DNA from: a bacterium
GTDB taxonomy: Bacteria; Acidobacteriota; Blastocatellia; HR10
Assembly (NCBI GenBank): GCA_041640655.1
Contig: JBEPZV010000002.1
Coordinates: 94,182 to 158,181, forward strand
Length of the DNA stretch: 64,000 nucleotides
Reading direction: 5' to 3'
In this document: one piece after another, positions 10,525 through 21,900 of the stretch
How positions within the stretch are numbered: the first letter of the stretch is position 1
How the letters are laid out: every line of letters starts with the position of its first letter
The notes under the pieces: generated by a model
Seen by the model: the letters and a program-made list of their open reading frames with translations, nothing else
Told to the model about the DNA's origin: nothing
The model's database searches: none
Program-made: the position numbers and the translations under genes

Positions 10525-11712
10525 TCATCGGGAAGCGCCCGCGGCCTGAGCCGAAGCCGCGCGCTCGGACTTCGCCCTGTGCCGGACCACATCCTCGTAA
10601 GCGCGCAACGTCAACTCGGCCGTACGCCTCCAAGAGAATTGCTGCGCCCGCCGAAGCCCCCGCTCGGACAGTTCGCGCCTCATGGCGTCGTTCCAGATGA
10701 CTTGCTGAAGAGCCTCTTCGATCGCCCGCTCATCATAGGGATTCACCAGGAGGGCCGCCTCGCCTACCACCTCAGGGAGCGAGGAGCTATGGCTCGTGAT
10801 GACCGGAACCCCGCAGGCCATCGCCTCCAGCACGGGGAGACCGAAGCCCTCGAAGATGGAGGGGTAGACGAAGACCGTCGCCCCGCTGTAGAGCGCGGGG
10901 AGGTCCTCTTCAGGGACATAGCCCGTGAAGATGATGTCCTCTGCGAAAGGCGCATGCTGCGCCGCGCGGAAGATGTCCTGATACAACCACCCCTTCTTCC
11001 CCACGATCACGAGCTGATGATCCAGCTCATCGTCCCGACGACGCAAGTTGACATACGCGCGGATCAACCGGACGAGATTCTTCCGGGGCTGAAGGCTGCC
11101 AACGCTCAAGATGTACGCGCGCGTGATGCCATAGCGTCGGCGCACGGCGTGAATCCGCTCCCGATCTCGAACCGGCACGAAGAGCGCACTCACCCCCTCA
11201 GGCGTCACCACGACCCGCTCCGGCGGAACGCGATACGTCGCCCGAATATCCCGGGCCGAATATTCCGAGACCGTGAGGATACGCGCCGCTCGGCGCGCCG
11301 TATAGCCGACGGCGAGCTTGAGGAGCCATCGCTCGCGCGGCATATAAAACTGCGGGAGATGCTCGAACGAGAGATCGTGAATCGTCGTGACGATCGGCCG
11401 CGGACAAACGGGGGGAGCCGTATATTGCACGTGCAACAGGTCCACCTGCGTTCGCCAGACGGCCCACGGCAAGCTGAGCGGAATGCGCAGATACCGCGTG
11501 TGCGGGCGCACCACCCACACGTGGAAATTTCGGAATCGGTCGCGCCACTGCTCGGCGACTTCTGGACGGGTGAAGAACAGGATGTACTCGTTCTCCTCGT
11601 CAATGGCGGCGAGCGCCTCGATGAGGTTCTTGATGTACGTCTCGTTCCCCGCCGTCTGACTTCCGATGGCGTGCGCATCAATGCCGATTCGCATTCGCCC
11701 CAGCGGTCTCAT
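10525..11712 (-). CDS. Glycosyltransferase family 4/GT-B
   Basis: C-terminal GT1 signature (VFVYPSIFEGFGLPVLEAMACGVPVITSHSSSLPEVVG). Confidence 0.85.
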   Translation of the reverse strand: MRPLGRMRIGIDAHAIGSQTAGNETYIKNLIEALAAIDEENEYILFFTRPEVAEQWRDRFRNFHVWVVRPHTRYLRIPLSLPWAVWRTQVDLLHVQYTAPPVCPRPIVTTIHDLSFEHLPQFYMPRERWLLKLAVGYTARRAARILTVSEYSARDIRATYRVPPERVVVTPEGVSALFVPVRDRERIHAVRRRYGITRAYILSVGSLQPRKNLVRLIRAYVNLRRRDDELDHQLVIVGKKGWLYQDIFRAAQHAPFAEDIIFTGYVPEEDLPALYSGATVFVYPSIFEGFGLPVLEAMACGVPVITSHSSSLPEVVGEAALLVNPYDERAIEEALQQVIWNDAMRRELSERGLRRAQQFSWRRTAELTLRAYEDVVRHRAKSERAASAQAAGASR

Positions 11713-11728
11713 CGGTCAGACCTCCGCC

Positions 11729-12343
11729 TCAGGAGGAAGCCGACGCCTCCGCGCGCAAGCGCCGATAGATGGCCTCCACCTGCGCGCGCGTCTGCTCGAA
11801 CGGCCCCGAGGTGTCGATCTCGAAAGCGGCATATCGCCGCTTCTCGCTCGTGGGGAGCTGCGCGCGGATGCGCGCCAGCGCATCCGCGCGCGTCAGACCA
11901 TCGCGCCGCATCAGGCGCGCGATCTGCTCCTCCTCATCGCAATAGACGACAATGATCCGATCGAACCGCGGCTGCGCTCCCGCCTCGATGACGAGCGCCG
12001 CCGCCACGAGGAGAATCCCCTTCGGGTCCTGACGCGCCAACTCCGCACTGCGCCGCTCGATCTCCTCCAGCACGCGCGGGTGCACCAAACGATTCAACAG
12101 CTCCCGCCGCGCCGCATCTCGAAAGACGATCGCCCCCAATCGGCCCCGATGAATCGTCCCGTCCTCGGCGAGGATCTCCGATCCGAAGGCGCGCACGACA
12201 TCATGATACGCCGGCCGACAGGGGCGCATCAGCTCATGCGCGATCTCATCCGCCTCCATCGTGTGGCATCCCAGCTCGCGGAACATGCCGAGGACGACGC
12301 TCTTGCCGACGGCGATGCTGCCGGTGAGGGCGACTCTCAACAT
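11729..12343 (-). CDS. coaE: Dephospho-CoA kinase
   Basis: The likely start is the ATG at 12343 (MLRVALTGSIAVGKSVV P-loop), which overlaps the stop of the upstream gene by 1 nt (TGATG). Typical CoaE length (204 aa) and motifs (VVYCDEEEQIARLMRRDGL). Confidence 0.85.
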   Translation of the reverse strand: MLRVALTGSIAVGKSVVLGMFRELGCHTMEADEIAHELMRPCRPAYHDVVRAFGSEILAEDGTIHRGRLGAIVFRDAARRELLNRLVHPRVLEEIERRSAELARQDPKGILLVAAALVIEAGAQPRFDRIIVVYCDEEEQIARLMRRDGLTRADALARIRAQLPTSEKRRYAAFEIDTSGPFEQTRAQVEAIYRRLRAEASASS

Positions 12344-14046
12344 CACGGCTTGATGCGATAGGCGCGCTCCTCGTTGTTGAAGATCCAGCCGACGACCTCG
12401 CCGATGTTGATCTTCTCCGACGTATAGGAGGCGCGCGTGATGGCCGCCGATCCCTGATCCACCATCGCGCCGATGTTCTGCGCCATCTCGCGAAACCGCC
12501 GCTGCCACACGCGCATGTTCTCGGGCCGCAAATCCACCCAGCCCTTTCGCGCCCACCGCTCCACCGCGGCCGGCGTGACCCGCACGCGCGGCTCGCCCTT
12601 GACCTCCGGAATGCGAATGAACGGCCCGCGAAAGAGCTTCCGCCCATCGGGCGCCAGAATCGGCACGCCAATCGAGGTGATCACATCCCGAATCTTGTTG
12701 TGGCAGATGAGACGGTACAGACTCTCGGCCATCTCCTCCGGATCGGCCTCAACCACCGCCGTGAGCGTCTTGTAGCGCATCTTCAGCAGATGCGCTTCAT
12801 AGAGGAGCTTCGTCAGCTCTGGCGGCCCCAACTGCCCGATGGCGATGCTGTAGGTCCCCGTCTCCTTCTCCAATTGCTTCAACCGCTCGATCACCAGACC
12901 GCGCAAATACCCGGCGCGATAGCTGGGCGGCATGACAGCCCCATCAATGGCGGCGATCACGTCCACGCCCGTATTGCTCCCCTTGATCTCCAACACAGCC
13001 GCCTGCGCGATCTCCTCCGGCGTCACCGCCTCCATCTGATGGAGGCTGGTGATCGTCTCAAATTCCCCGCGCGCGAAGAACCCGTTCTCCCCCGTATCCA
13101 CCCCCACAACCCGCAACTCCTCCAGGCGCTCGAACTCCTCCGGCGGGCGGATCGTGTGCAACACGTCCCCCAGCGGCTCCACTCGACTCGCATAGATGTA
13201 GACGGGCTCGCCCCCGCGTCGCACCGTCTGAAACGCGATGCGCCGATAGCTGACCAGAGCCGCCGGCTTGATCTCCTTGACGATCGGCCCCCCAGCCGTG
13301 CGCGCCATCAGGAAGAGCAATCCCGTGTGCGCGAAGGCGATGGCCGATTTCGAAATGAGGAGCGCGCTCGGACGATCCTCACTGTGCGTGTACGGGATAT
13401 TGAGCCCCATCCCCCCTGTCCCCGTCGTCCCGATCTTCAGATACACTCGCGTCCCCGCCTCCACCATCGCGCGATAGAGCAGGAGCGTGTGCCGCACCAG
13501 CTCGGGGATCCCCTGCGAGACGATCAAGGCCTCGATCTTCCGCACCGCCTCATCCTTCAACGCCGCGAGCGTCGCCGCCTCTCGGCGCTCGATCGCCCGC
13601 GCGAGCCGAGCCAGGATGTCGCGCGCTTCGATCGAAGTCGTGTAGACGTCCTGATACCCAATGGCCGTGGCCGTATTGATCGAATCCACGATGACCTCGG
13701 GCTTGAAGCGACGAATGATGGCCACCAACCACGACTTCTCATACGCCCGATCGAGATCGCCGAAGAGGTCCTGAAAGAGGGCATCTCGCCGCGCGGGATC
13801 CTCGATGAGCTGTTGCCGCGTCCGCCCACGATCCTCCGTGCGCAGGAAGATATCCCCCCACACGCCCTCCACCCTCAGCGTCGGGAATTCCTCGCGCAAG
13901 GCCGCGCGCGCCTCTTCCACCTCGCGCTCGAAGAGCCCACCAATGACCAGAAGATGGGGTTCGATCTCACGGGCGACGGCCCGGGCGATCTCAAAGCCGA
14001 TGAGTCCCGCCCCACCGAGGATGAGTACGGATCTCGGCCCGCGCAT
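12343..14046 (-). CDS. Rossmann-fold NAD(P)-binding protein, function unknown (567 aa)
   Basis: N-terminal GxGxxG (VLILGGAGLIGFEIA). The rest is not recognisable by eye. Translationally coupled to coaE. Confidence 0.5.
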   Translation of the reverse strand: MRGPRSVLILGGAGLIGFEIARAVAREIEPHLLVIGGLFEREVEEARAALREEFPTLRVEGVWGDIFLRTEDRGRTRQQLIEDPARRDALFQDLFGDLDRAYEKSWLVAIIRRFKPEVIVDSINTATAIGYQDVYTTSIEARDILARLARAIERREAATLAALKDEAVRKIEALIVSQGIPELVRHTLLLYRAMVEAGTRVYLKIGTTGTGGMGLNIPYTHSEDRPSALLISKSAIAFAHTGLLFLMARTAGGPIVKEIKPAALVSYRRIAFQTVRRGGEPVYIYASRVEPLGDVLHTIRPPEEFERLEELRVVGVDTGENGFFARGEFETITSLHQMEAVTPEEIAQAAVLEIKGSNTGVDVIAAIDGAVMPPSYRAGYLRGLVIERLKQLEKETGTYSIAIGQLGPPELTKLLYEAHLLKMRYKTLTAVVEADPEEMAESLYRLICHNKIRDVITSIGVPILAPDGRKLFRGPFIRIPEVKGEPRVRVTPAAVERWARKGWVDLRPENMRVWQRRFREMAQNIGAMVDQGSAAITRASYTSEKINIGEVVGWIFNNEERAYRIKP

Positions 14047-14099
14047 ACCGTGAAAACCTTAGCACACGCGGGCTCACCGAGCAACGAGACGCTCCCGCC

Positions 14100-14465
14100 T
14101 CAGGAGGATTCCCGCGCGCGCCCCGCCGCCTCCACCTCCTCCAAGCGCTCGAACGCCCGCCGCAGATGGGGGATCGTGATCGAGCCGCCGACGACCAACG
14201 CCACGTTGAACGCCTCGAGGAATTCCTCCCGCGTGACCCCTTCCTCGTGACAGCGCAGAAGGTGATAGGTGACGCAGTCGTCGCAGCGCAAGACGAGCGA
14301 GGCGACCAGCCCCAACAGCTCCTTCACCTTGGGCGAGAGCGCGCCGGCCGCATACGCCTGATGATCGAGCGCGAAAAAGCGCTTGATCCCCAGATGGCCG
14401 CTCTCCAGGATCTTCTCGTTCATCCTCCGGCGATACTCTTGCCATTCCTCGAGCGTCATCCTCAT
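14100..14465 (-). CDS. Carboxymuconolactone decarboxylase / AhpD-like family protein
   Basis: 121 aa. CMD-type core with CxxC (LGLVASLVLRCDDCVTYHLLRCHEEGVTREEFLEAFNVALVVGG). Confidence 0.75.
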   Translation of the reverse strand: MRMTLEEWQEYRRRMNEKILESGHLGIKRFFALDHQAYAAGALSPKVKELLGLVASLVLRCDDCVTYHLLRCHEEGVTREEFLEAFNVALVVGGSITIPHLRRAFERLEEVEAAGRARESS

Positions 14466-14597
14466 CCTCCTCTCGCGAGATCAGGCAAGAGCATACCGCC
14501 CCCACGTGCGCCGAGGGAAGAGCATGGCCCACGTTGACGCGGAGCGCATCGGCTGAGTACCATTGGCCTCTCAGACCACCGGGCGGGACACGGGACG

Positions 14598-15959
14598 ATG
14601 AAGACCATCCGCATCGCCAACGGCCAAGGCTTCTGGGGCGACAGTCTGGAAGCCCCCATCGAACAGGCCACGCTCGGCCCGATTGACTACCTATCGCTCG
14701 ATTATCTGGCCGAGGTGACCATGTCCATCCTTCAGAAACAAAGGGCTCGCGATCCGCGCCTCGGCTATGCGCGCGATTTCGTCCCCCTGATGGCGCGCCT
14801 CCTCCCGATCTGCTTGGAGAAGCACATCACAGTGATCGCCAACGCCGGCGGGGTGAATCCTCGCGCATGCGCCGAGGCCGTGCGAGACGTGGCGCGAAAC
14901 CTCGGCCTCTCGGGAGTGCGCATCGGGATCGTCGCGGGCGATGACATCCTCGATCGGCTCGACGACTTGATGGCCCGAGGCCACGAACTGCGCAATCTCG
15001 ATACGGGTCGCCCCCTGAGCGACGTCCGCCCCCGCATCCAAAGCGCGAACGTCTATTTCGGAGCCTTCCCGATCGTCGAAGCACTCCGGCAGGGCGCTCG
15101 GGTCGTCATCACCGGACGCGTGACAGATGCGGCGCTCGCGCTCGCTCCGATGATCTACGAATTCGGCTGGCGCGAGGATGAGTACGATAAGCTCGCCGCC
15201 GGCATCGTGGCCGGCCACATCATCGAATGCGGCGCTCAATGTACGGGCGGGAACTCTCAGATCGCGTGGAAGACTATTCCCGACTTGGACCGCATCGGGT
15301 ATCCCATCGCCGAAGTCTCCGAAGATGGGACGTTCATCATCACCAAGCACGAGGGCACTGGCGGGCGCGTCACCTCGGCGATCCTCAAGGAACAACTCCT
15401 CTACGAGATCGGCGATCCTCGCCGGTACATCGCCCCTGAATGCATCGCCGATTTCACGACCATCCGCCTGGAGGATGTGGGCCCCGATCGGGTCCGCGTG
15501 TGGGGAGTTCAAGGAGCTCCTCCCACCGAGTTCTACAAGGTCTCAATCAGCTACTTCGCCGGATATAAGGCCGTGGGCACGCTCGTCTATAGCTGGCCCG
15601 ATGCCTACGAGAAAGCGAAGCTGGCGGATCAGATCCTGCGGAAGCGACTGCAGCGACTCGGTCTCCAGTTCGACGAGATCCTCACCGAGTTCCTCGGCGT
15701 CAGCGCCTGCCACGGCCCACTCGCTCCCGAGCCCTCGCCCGACCTCGCCGAAGTGCAACTGCGCATCTCCGTTCGGAGCGAGAACCCGCAGGCCGTCGAA
15801 CGCTTCACGCGCGAGATCAGCCCATTGATCTTGAACGGACCTCCAACGGCCACGGGATTCGCCGGCGGTCGCCCCCGCGTCGAAGAGATTCTCGCCTACT
15901 GGCCCGCCCTCCTGCCTAAATCCGAGGCCACCCCCACCGTGGAGATCGTCGAGACCTAG
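14598..15959 (+). CDS. DUF1446 / AtuA-family (acyclic terpene utilisation-like) protein
   Basis: 453 aa. Characteristic N-terminus ([42 protein letters not shown]). Confidence 0.7.
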   Translation: MKTIRIANGQGFWGDSLEAPIEQATLGPIDYLSLDYLAEVTMSILQKQRARDPRLGYARDFVPLMARLLPICLEKHITVIANAGGVNPRACAEAVRDVARNLGLSGVRIGIVAGDDILDRLDDLMARGHELRNLDTGRPLSDVRPRIQSANVYFGAFPIVEALRQGARVVITGRVTDAALALAPMIYEFGWREDEYDKLAAGIVAGHIIECGAQCTGGNSQIAWKTIPDLDRIGYPIAEVSEDGTFIITKHEGTGGRVTSAILKEQLLYEIGDPRRYIAPECIADFTTIRLEDVGPDRVRVWGVQGAPPTEFYKVSISYFAGYKAVGTLVYSWPDAYEKAKLADQILRKRLQRLGLQFDEILTEFLGVSACHGPLAPEPSPDLAEVQLRISVRSENPQAVERFTREISPLILNGPPTATGFAGGRPRVEEILAYWPALLPKSEATPTVEIVET

Positions 15960-15995
15960 CCGCCGCAATCCCCCCACAGTCCGAACAGGACGAAG

Positions 15996-18900
15996 TTTCA
16001 ATCCCCCTTGGTTCGATTAGCACGTCGCCGCCGCGGTCGCCTCCCGTCCCACCCGCGAGGTTTCAATCCCACCTTGGTTCGATTAGCACCGAAAACAAAA
16101 AAAACGGCGAGCCGATCCGATATCAGTTTCAATCCCACCTTGGTTCGATTAGCACCCAACCCGGCGCTCCCTCCACGGCAAACTCGTAGGCGTTTCAATC
16201 CCACCTTGGTTCGATTAGCACCCCCAGCACCGCGCTTGCGTGTGTGTGCGCGGCACCGTTTCAATCCCACCTTGGTTCGATTAGCACGAGAAGGACCCCA
16301 CCTCAAACCTCTCCCGAAGAACCGTTTCAATCCCACCTTGGTTCGATTAGCACTGGTGATGGGCACGTTTTGTATCCTCATCAGGTTGGTTTCAATCCCA
16401 CCTTGGTTCGATTAGCACGCGGCCACCACTGCCGACTCGCACACGACGGGCACTCGTTTCAATCCCACCTTGGTTCGATTAGCACTGAGGGTGGGGACGG
16501 ACGGGCGGAAATTTCAACGATCGTTTCAATCCCACCTTGGTTCGATTAGCACCAGAAGCAACACGGAATGAAACACCGAAGTGAGCTCGGTTTCAATCCC
16601 ACCTTGGTTCGATTAGCACGAGTCCGTCGAAGCCATTGCGGCGGTGGTTTTGGAGCGTTTCAATCCCACCTTGGTTCGATTAGCACCCGGCCCATGTTCA
16701 TCGAGCTTCCCCCATGTTCCCACGTTTCAATCCCACCTTGGTTCGATTAGCACCCGCTTACGGGTGGCCCAGATTGTGTATACTCACGTGAGTTTCAATC
16801 CCACCTTGGTTCGATTAGCACCAGATGCTGAGCTTTACAAACAATACGGAGCGTGCTTGTTTCAATCCCACCTTGGTTCGATTAGCACGGAGCCGCTTCC
16901 GGAGAAGCCTCGCTGTCGGTTCTGGTTTCAATCCCACCTTGGTTCGATTAGCACGGGAAGCGAAGCCGTGCTCATCCCCCTGCACGCTCCGTTTCAATCC
17001 CACCTTGGTTCGATTAGCACCAGAACACTGGCAGCGGGCGCTTCGGGAGCGCACGGGTTTCAATCCCACCTTGGTTCGATTAGCACCGGCAGGGCCCTTC
17101 ATTCCCATAGACATCAGCTTCAGTTTCAATCCCACCTTGGTTCGATTAGCACGGCGCGGGGGAAAGATCATGCGACTGCGACATAGTGGTTTCAATCCCA
17201 CCTTGGTTCGATTAGCACCGCCAGTCTCTGACGGCGACATCCCCTCCATGCCCTGTTTCAATCCCACCTTGGTTCGATTAGCACGATTGGGTCATTAAGC
17301 CAGCGGCCCTCCTGTTGTGCGTTTCAATCCCACCTTGGTTCGATTAGCACTTTTGTGACCGGTGGAATTCCCAGCGGATGGAATAAGTTTCAATCCCACC
17401 TTGGTTCGATTAGCACCTGAGCAAATACTCCACGATACCATCGTGATCAAACTGTTTCAATCCCACCTTGGTTCGATTAGCACAAGCGGAGATCACGCTG
17501 AGCGATAAGTGTCTACACGGGTTTCAATCCCACCTTGGTTCGATTAGCACAGTTGAATCACGAGCGCGAGGGCAAGGTTGATCCGCGTTTCAATCCCACC
17601 TTGGTTCGATTAGCACGGGCCGCTCCCACGGCCACAAATCTCCATACACCGCGTTTCAATCCCACCTTGGTTCGATTAGCACCGTAGAATTAAGCGAGCC
17701 GTCCCGAGACAGGCGCCGGTTTCAATCCCACCTTGGTTCGATTAGCACAAAATAAAAACTCCACGATCCTGTCGCGATCAAAATGTTTCAATCCCACCTT
17801 GGTTCGATTAGCACCGGGCTCCCGGCCCGCAACACCCTCTACGCACCCTGGTTTCAATCCCACCTTGGTTCGATTAGCACCTTTGGAGTATTTTGACCCC
17901 GCGCGATATGTAGCCGGTTTCAATCCCACCTTGGTTCGATTAGCACCCGCGCGATCTCAACAAATTCCTTTCGCGCCTCCAGGTTTCAATCCCACCTTGG
18001 TTCGATTAGCACAAGAAAAGGATTGAAGCTTCAGCAAGACCCTAGCTGGTTTCAATCCCACCTTGGTTCGATTAGCACCGGTCCGGCGCCGAAGCCGACC
18101 CGACGTGCGCAGCTGTTTCAATCCCACCTTGGTTCGATTAGCACCCCGTCTTTTTGATTTCACCGCAAGGAGGGGGAAAAGTTTCAATCCCACCTTGGTT
18201 CGATTAGCACGCCCCCCGGTTACGTAGAGCTCCCCAGCAGGTTCCTGTTTCAATCCCACCTTGGTTCGATTAGCACGGGAAGCATGGGGGACGACCGAAC
18301 TTCCATCGCCATTGTTTCAATCCCACCTTGGTTCGATTAGCACTCGATCGCCTTCTCCTGCTCCCTCAATCCGAGCCTTCGTTTCAATCCCACCTTGGTT
18401 CGATTAGCACCTTTCAGCGTTGCACCGTTTTCCTATTCAACCCTAGTTTCAATCCCACCTTGGTTCGATTAGCACCAATCCGTTAGCAATCTCTAACTCG
18501 GCAGCCGCATCGTTTCAATCCCACCTTGGTTCGATTAGCACGGTTAATAGTGTTACGGGAATCGCCGTGAATAATAGGTTTCAATCCCACCTTGGTTCGA
18601 TTAGCACAGGAAGTTTGGCCGAAATCGAACGCCGTGTGGTATCGTTTCAATCCCACCTTGGTTCGATTAGCACCCGGTTGAACCAGACATTCCCGAACCC
18701 GTTGAATCGTTTCAATCCCACCTTGGTTCGATTAGCACTGTCCACCGCGAGCGTCTCGACCTCGCGGCTTTCAAGTTTCAATCCCACCTTGGTTCGATTA
18801 GCACGGTATTGGGATAGGGTGAGCACCGGGGGATCTTACGGTTTCAATCCCACCTTGGTTCGATTAGCACCTCTTCACAGCAAGCTCCGCCTGCACGCGC

Positions 18901-21900
18901 TCGTCTGTTTCAATCCCACCTTGGTTCGATTAGCACCCTGCGCCTCCAGCATGTCCCCGTACTCCCTCTCCGTTTCAATCCCACCTTGGTTCGATTAGCA
19001 CCGGCTCCGCGTGAGGCGGCGCGGTTTGTGCCGCTCCTCGTTTCAATCCCACCTTGGTTCGATTAGCACTCATCCCTCCACACCGAGAAGATTCCAAACG
19101 ACTGCGTTTCAATCCCACCTTGGTTCGATTAGCACCGTGGTGGGAAGCTCAACGCGGAGCGGGTGGGATCAGTTTCAATCCCACCTTGGTTCGATTAGCA
19201 CGCTACTCCGAAGCCGATGCGCGACGCGCCATCGCGCGTTTCAATCCCACCTTGGTTCGATTAGCACGGTCGCGCTCCCCGCGCGACTGGAGATCACTAC
19301 TGGGTTTCAATCCCACCTTGGTTCGATTAGCACTTCTCCCTGCGCGTGAGCTTTTTGTGCACGCGCAGCGGTTTCAATCCCACCTTGGTTCGATTAGCAC
19401 CTGGGCCCGCGCCGCGTTAAGGATCTCCTCAGCGCGTTTCAATCCCACCTTGGTTCGATTAGCACGCACGAAACCGAAAGGAGGGAAGAGATGATCGCCT
19501 GGTTTCAATCCCACCTTGGTTCGATTAGCACGCGCTCGGCGAGATCGCGAGCGTGCTCGCGATCTCGGTTTCAATCCCACCTTGGTTCGATTAGCACCAG
19601 CGCATCGTCGTCTTTGACGATGACGCGCTGAAGTTTCAATCCCACCTTGGTTCGATTAGCACGCTACTCCGAAGCCGATGCGCGGCGCGCCATCGCGCGT
19701 TTCAATCCCACCTTGGTTCGATTAGCACTAGAATCGGATTGCCATAATCAACCTCCTCTAAATTGTTTCAATCCCACCTTGGTTCGATTAGCACCGATCC
19801 AAGACCACGCGCAACAGAGCCGCCTGGACCGGTTTCAATCCCACCTTGGTTCGATTAGCACGCGCGAAGGATCTCCTCCACGGATTGCGTAGTACGTGTT
19901 TCAATCCCACCTTGGTTCGATTAGCACCCCGAGAGACGCCGAGCAACCGAGCCGCGTCTGAAAGTTTCAATCCCACCTTGGTTCGATTAGCACCCTTGGC
20001 GTCGGAGACGACGCCGATGAACTGGTCCCCGTTTCAATCCCACCTTGGTTCGATTAGCACAACTTGAACAGCGCGGTCTTCCGACCGCGCTACCGTGTTT
20101 CAATCCCACCTTGGTTCGATTAGCACTCGAAGTCGCCGGGCGAGTCGGGCTGCACCAATTCAGTTTCAATCCCACCTTGGTTCGATTAGCACCCACGCGG
20201 TGGGCGTGAACCTTCCCCTGCCGGATCCGTTTCAATCCCACCTTGGTTCGATTAGCACCCTACTCCGAAGCCGATGCGCGACGCGCCATCGCGCGTTTCA
20301 ATCCCACCTTGGTTCGATTAGCACGCGCTCAGCCCAAGATCCATCCCCTCGATCTCCTCGGTTTCAATCCCACCTTGGTTCGATTAGCACTCAAGCGCGC
20401 GGAGATAGAGCGCGCGCGTCGCACTTGGGTTTCAATCCCACCTTGGTTCGATTAGCACCCCCTCCGCTGCGGGATCGGGTATCATGCCGACGCTAGTTTC
20501 AATCCCACCTTGGTTCGATTAGCACGAGCAGATCTTCTCCGAATACGAGCGACTCTCCCGCGTTTCAATCCCACCTTGGTTCGATTAGCACCTTTCTCGA
20601 ATTGCCGGGGAGGGGGAAACTTATGCGTTTCAATCCCACCTTGGTTCGATTAGCACCAATCTCGCCATAGACAACAGTTCGACTTTCCACCGGTTTCAAT
20701 CCCACCTTGGTTCGATTAGCACGAGGAGGTCGCGCTCCCCGCGCGACTTGAGATTCGGCGTTTCAATCCCACCTTGGTTCGATTAGCACCACACTGCTCA
20801 ACGATCTTGAAGAGTGCGTCCGCGTACGTTTCAATCCCACCTTGGTTCGATTAGCACCGAGCTCCGGATCCGGAAGGTCAACCTCCCGAGCCCGTTTCAA
20901 TCCCACCTTGGTTCGATTAGCACCCGTGCGCGCGGAGATCGCGCGCGGGCGCGGCATCCGTTTCAATCCCACCTTGGTTCGATTAGCACACAAGCGCCCG
21001 GGCCTTCGCCCAAAGCGCCATGTCCGTTTCAATCCCACCTTGGTTCGATTAGCACATGGGGATCTCGTTCACATGATCCCCACGATCTACGTTTCAATCC
21101 CACCTTGGTTCGATTAGCACCGTGCTCGTCTTCGTTGCCAGCACGGATCCCGACAGTTTCAATCCCACCTTGGTTCGATTAGCACTGGAGCGCCGCCACC
21201 GCGACCGCTCCCATGAACGTTGTTTCAATCCCACCTTGGTTCGATTAGCACGGGATCCGATCAAGCAGCGGAACATCGTCTATCCGAGTTTCAATCCCAC
21301 CTTGGTTCGATTAGCACCGCCGGGCGTGCCCGGCGCCGCTCCTGGAGTCACCGGTTTCAATCCCACCTTGGTTCGATTAGCACCAGGGGTCGGCGATCTT
21401 TCTCGCCGACCCCACAAGCGTTTCAATCCCACCTTGGTTCGATTAGCACCTCGATGCGCTCTTCGAGCGCGCGCGCGTCTTCGCTTGTTTCAATCCCACC
21501 TTGGTTCGATTAGCACTCAGCACGAAGAACAAGTGCGCCAAGCTAGCGCACGTTTCAATCCCACCTTGGTTCGATTAGCACCGCGCTTTATAGCCGTGGC
21601 CCATAGTCACCACACTAGTTTCAATCCCACCTTGGTTCGATTAGCACAAGCGCTCGAATACTTCGATCCCGCGCGCTTCATTGGTTTCAATCCCACCTTG
21701 GTTCGATTAGCACGCGCGCGAGTGTACTATGAGGGGTACGATAGACAGCGTTTCAATCCCACCTTGGTTCGATTAGCACGCGCGGCGTTCTCACTGCCTT
21801 AATGGCGTTGGCCCCGTTTCAATCCCACCTTGGTTCGATTAGCACGCGCGCCGACCCATTCGCCCGGGGCCAGCGCTAGCAGTTTCAATCCCACCTTGGT

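Noticed and set aside
14598-15959. Considered whether the AtuA/DUF1446 gene directly abutting the array trailer (36-nt gap) is functionally linked to CRISPR
   Set aside because: It is on the opposite strand, has host-like composition, and belongs to a metabolic family. The adjacency is most simply the insertion boundary of the array.
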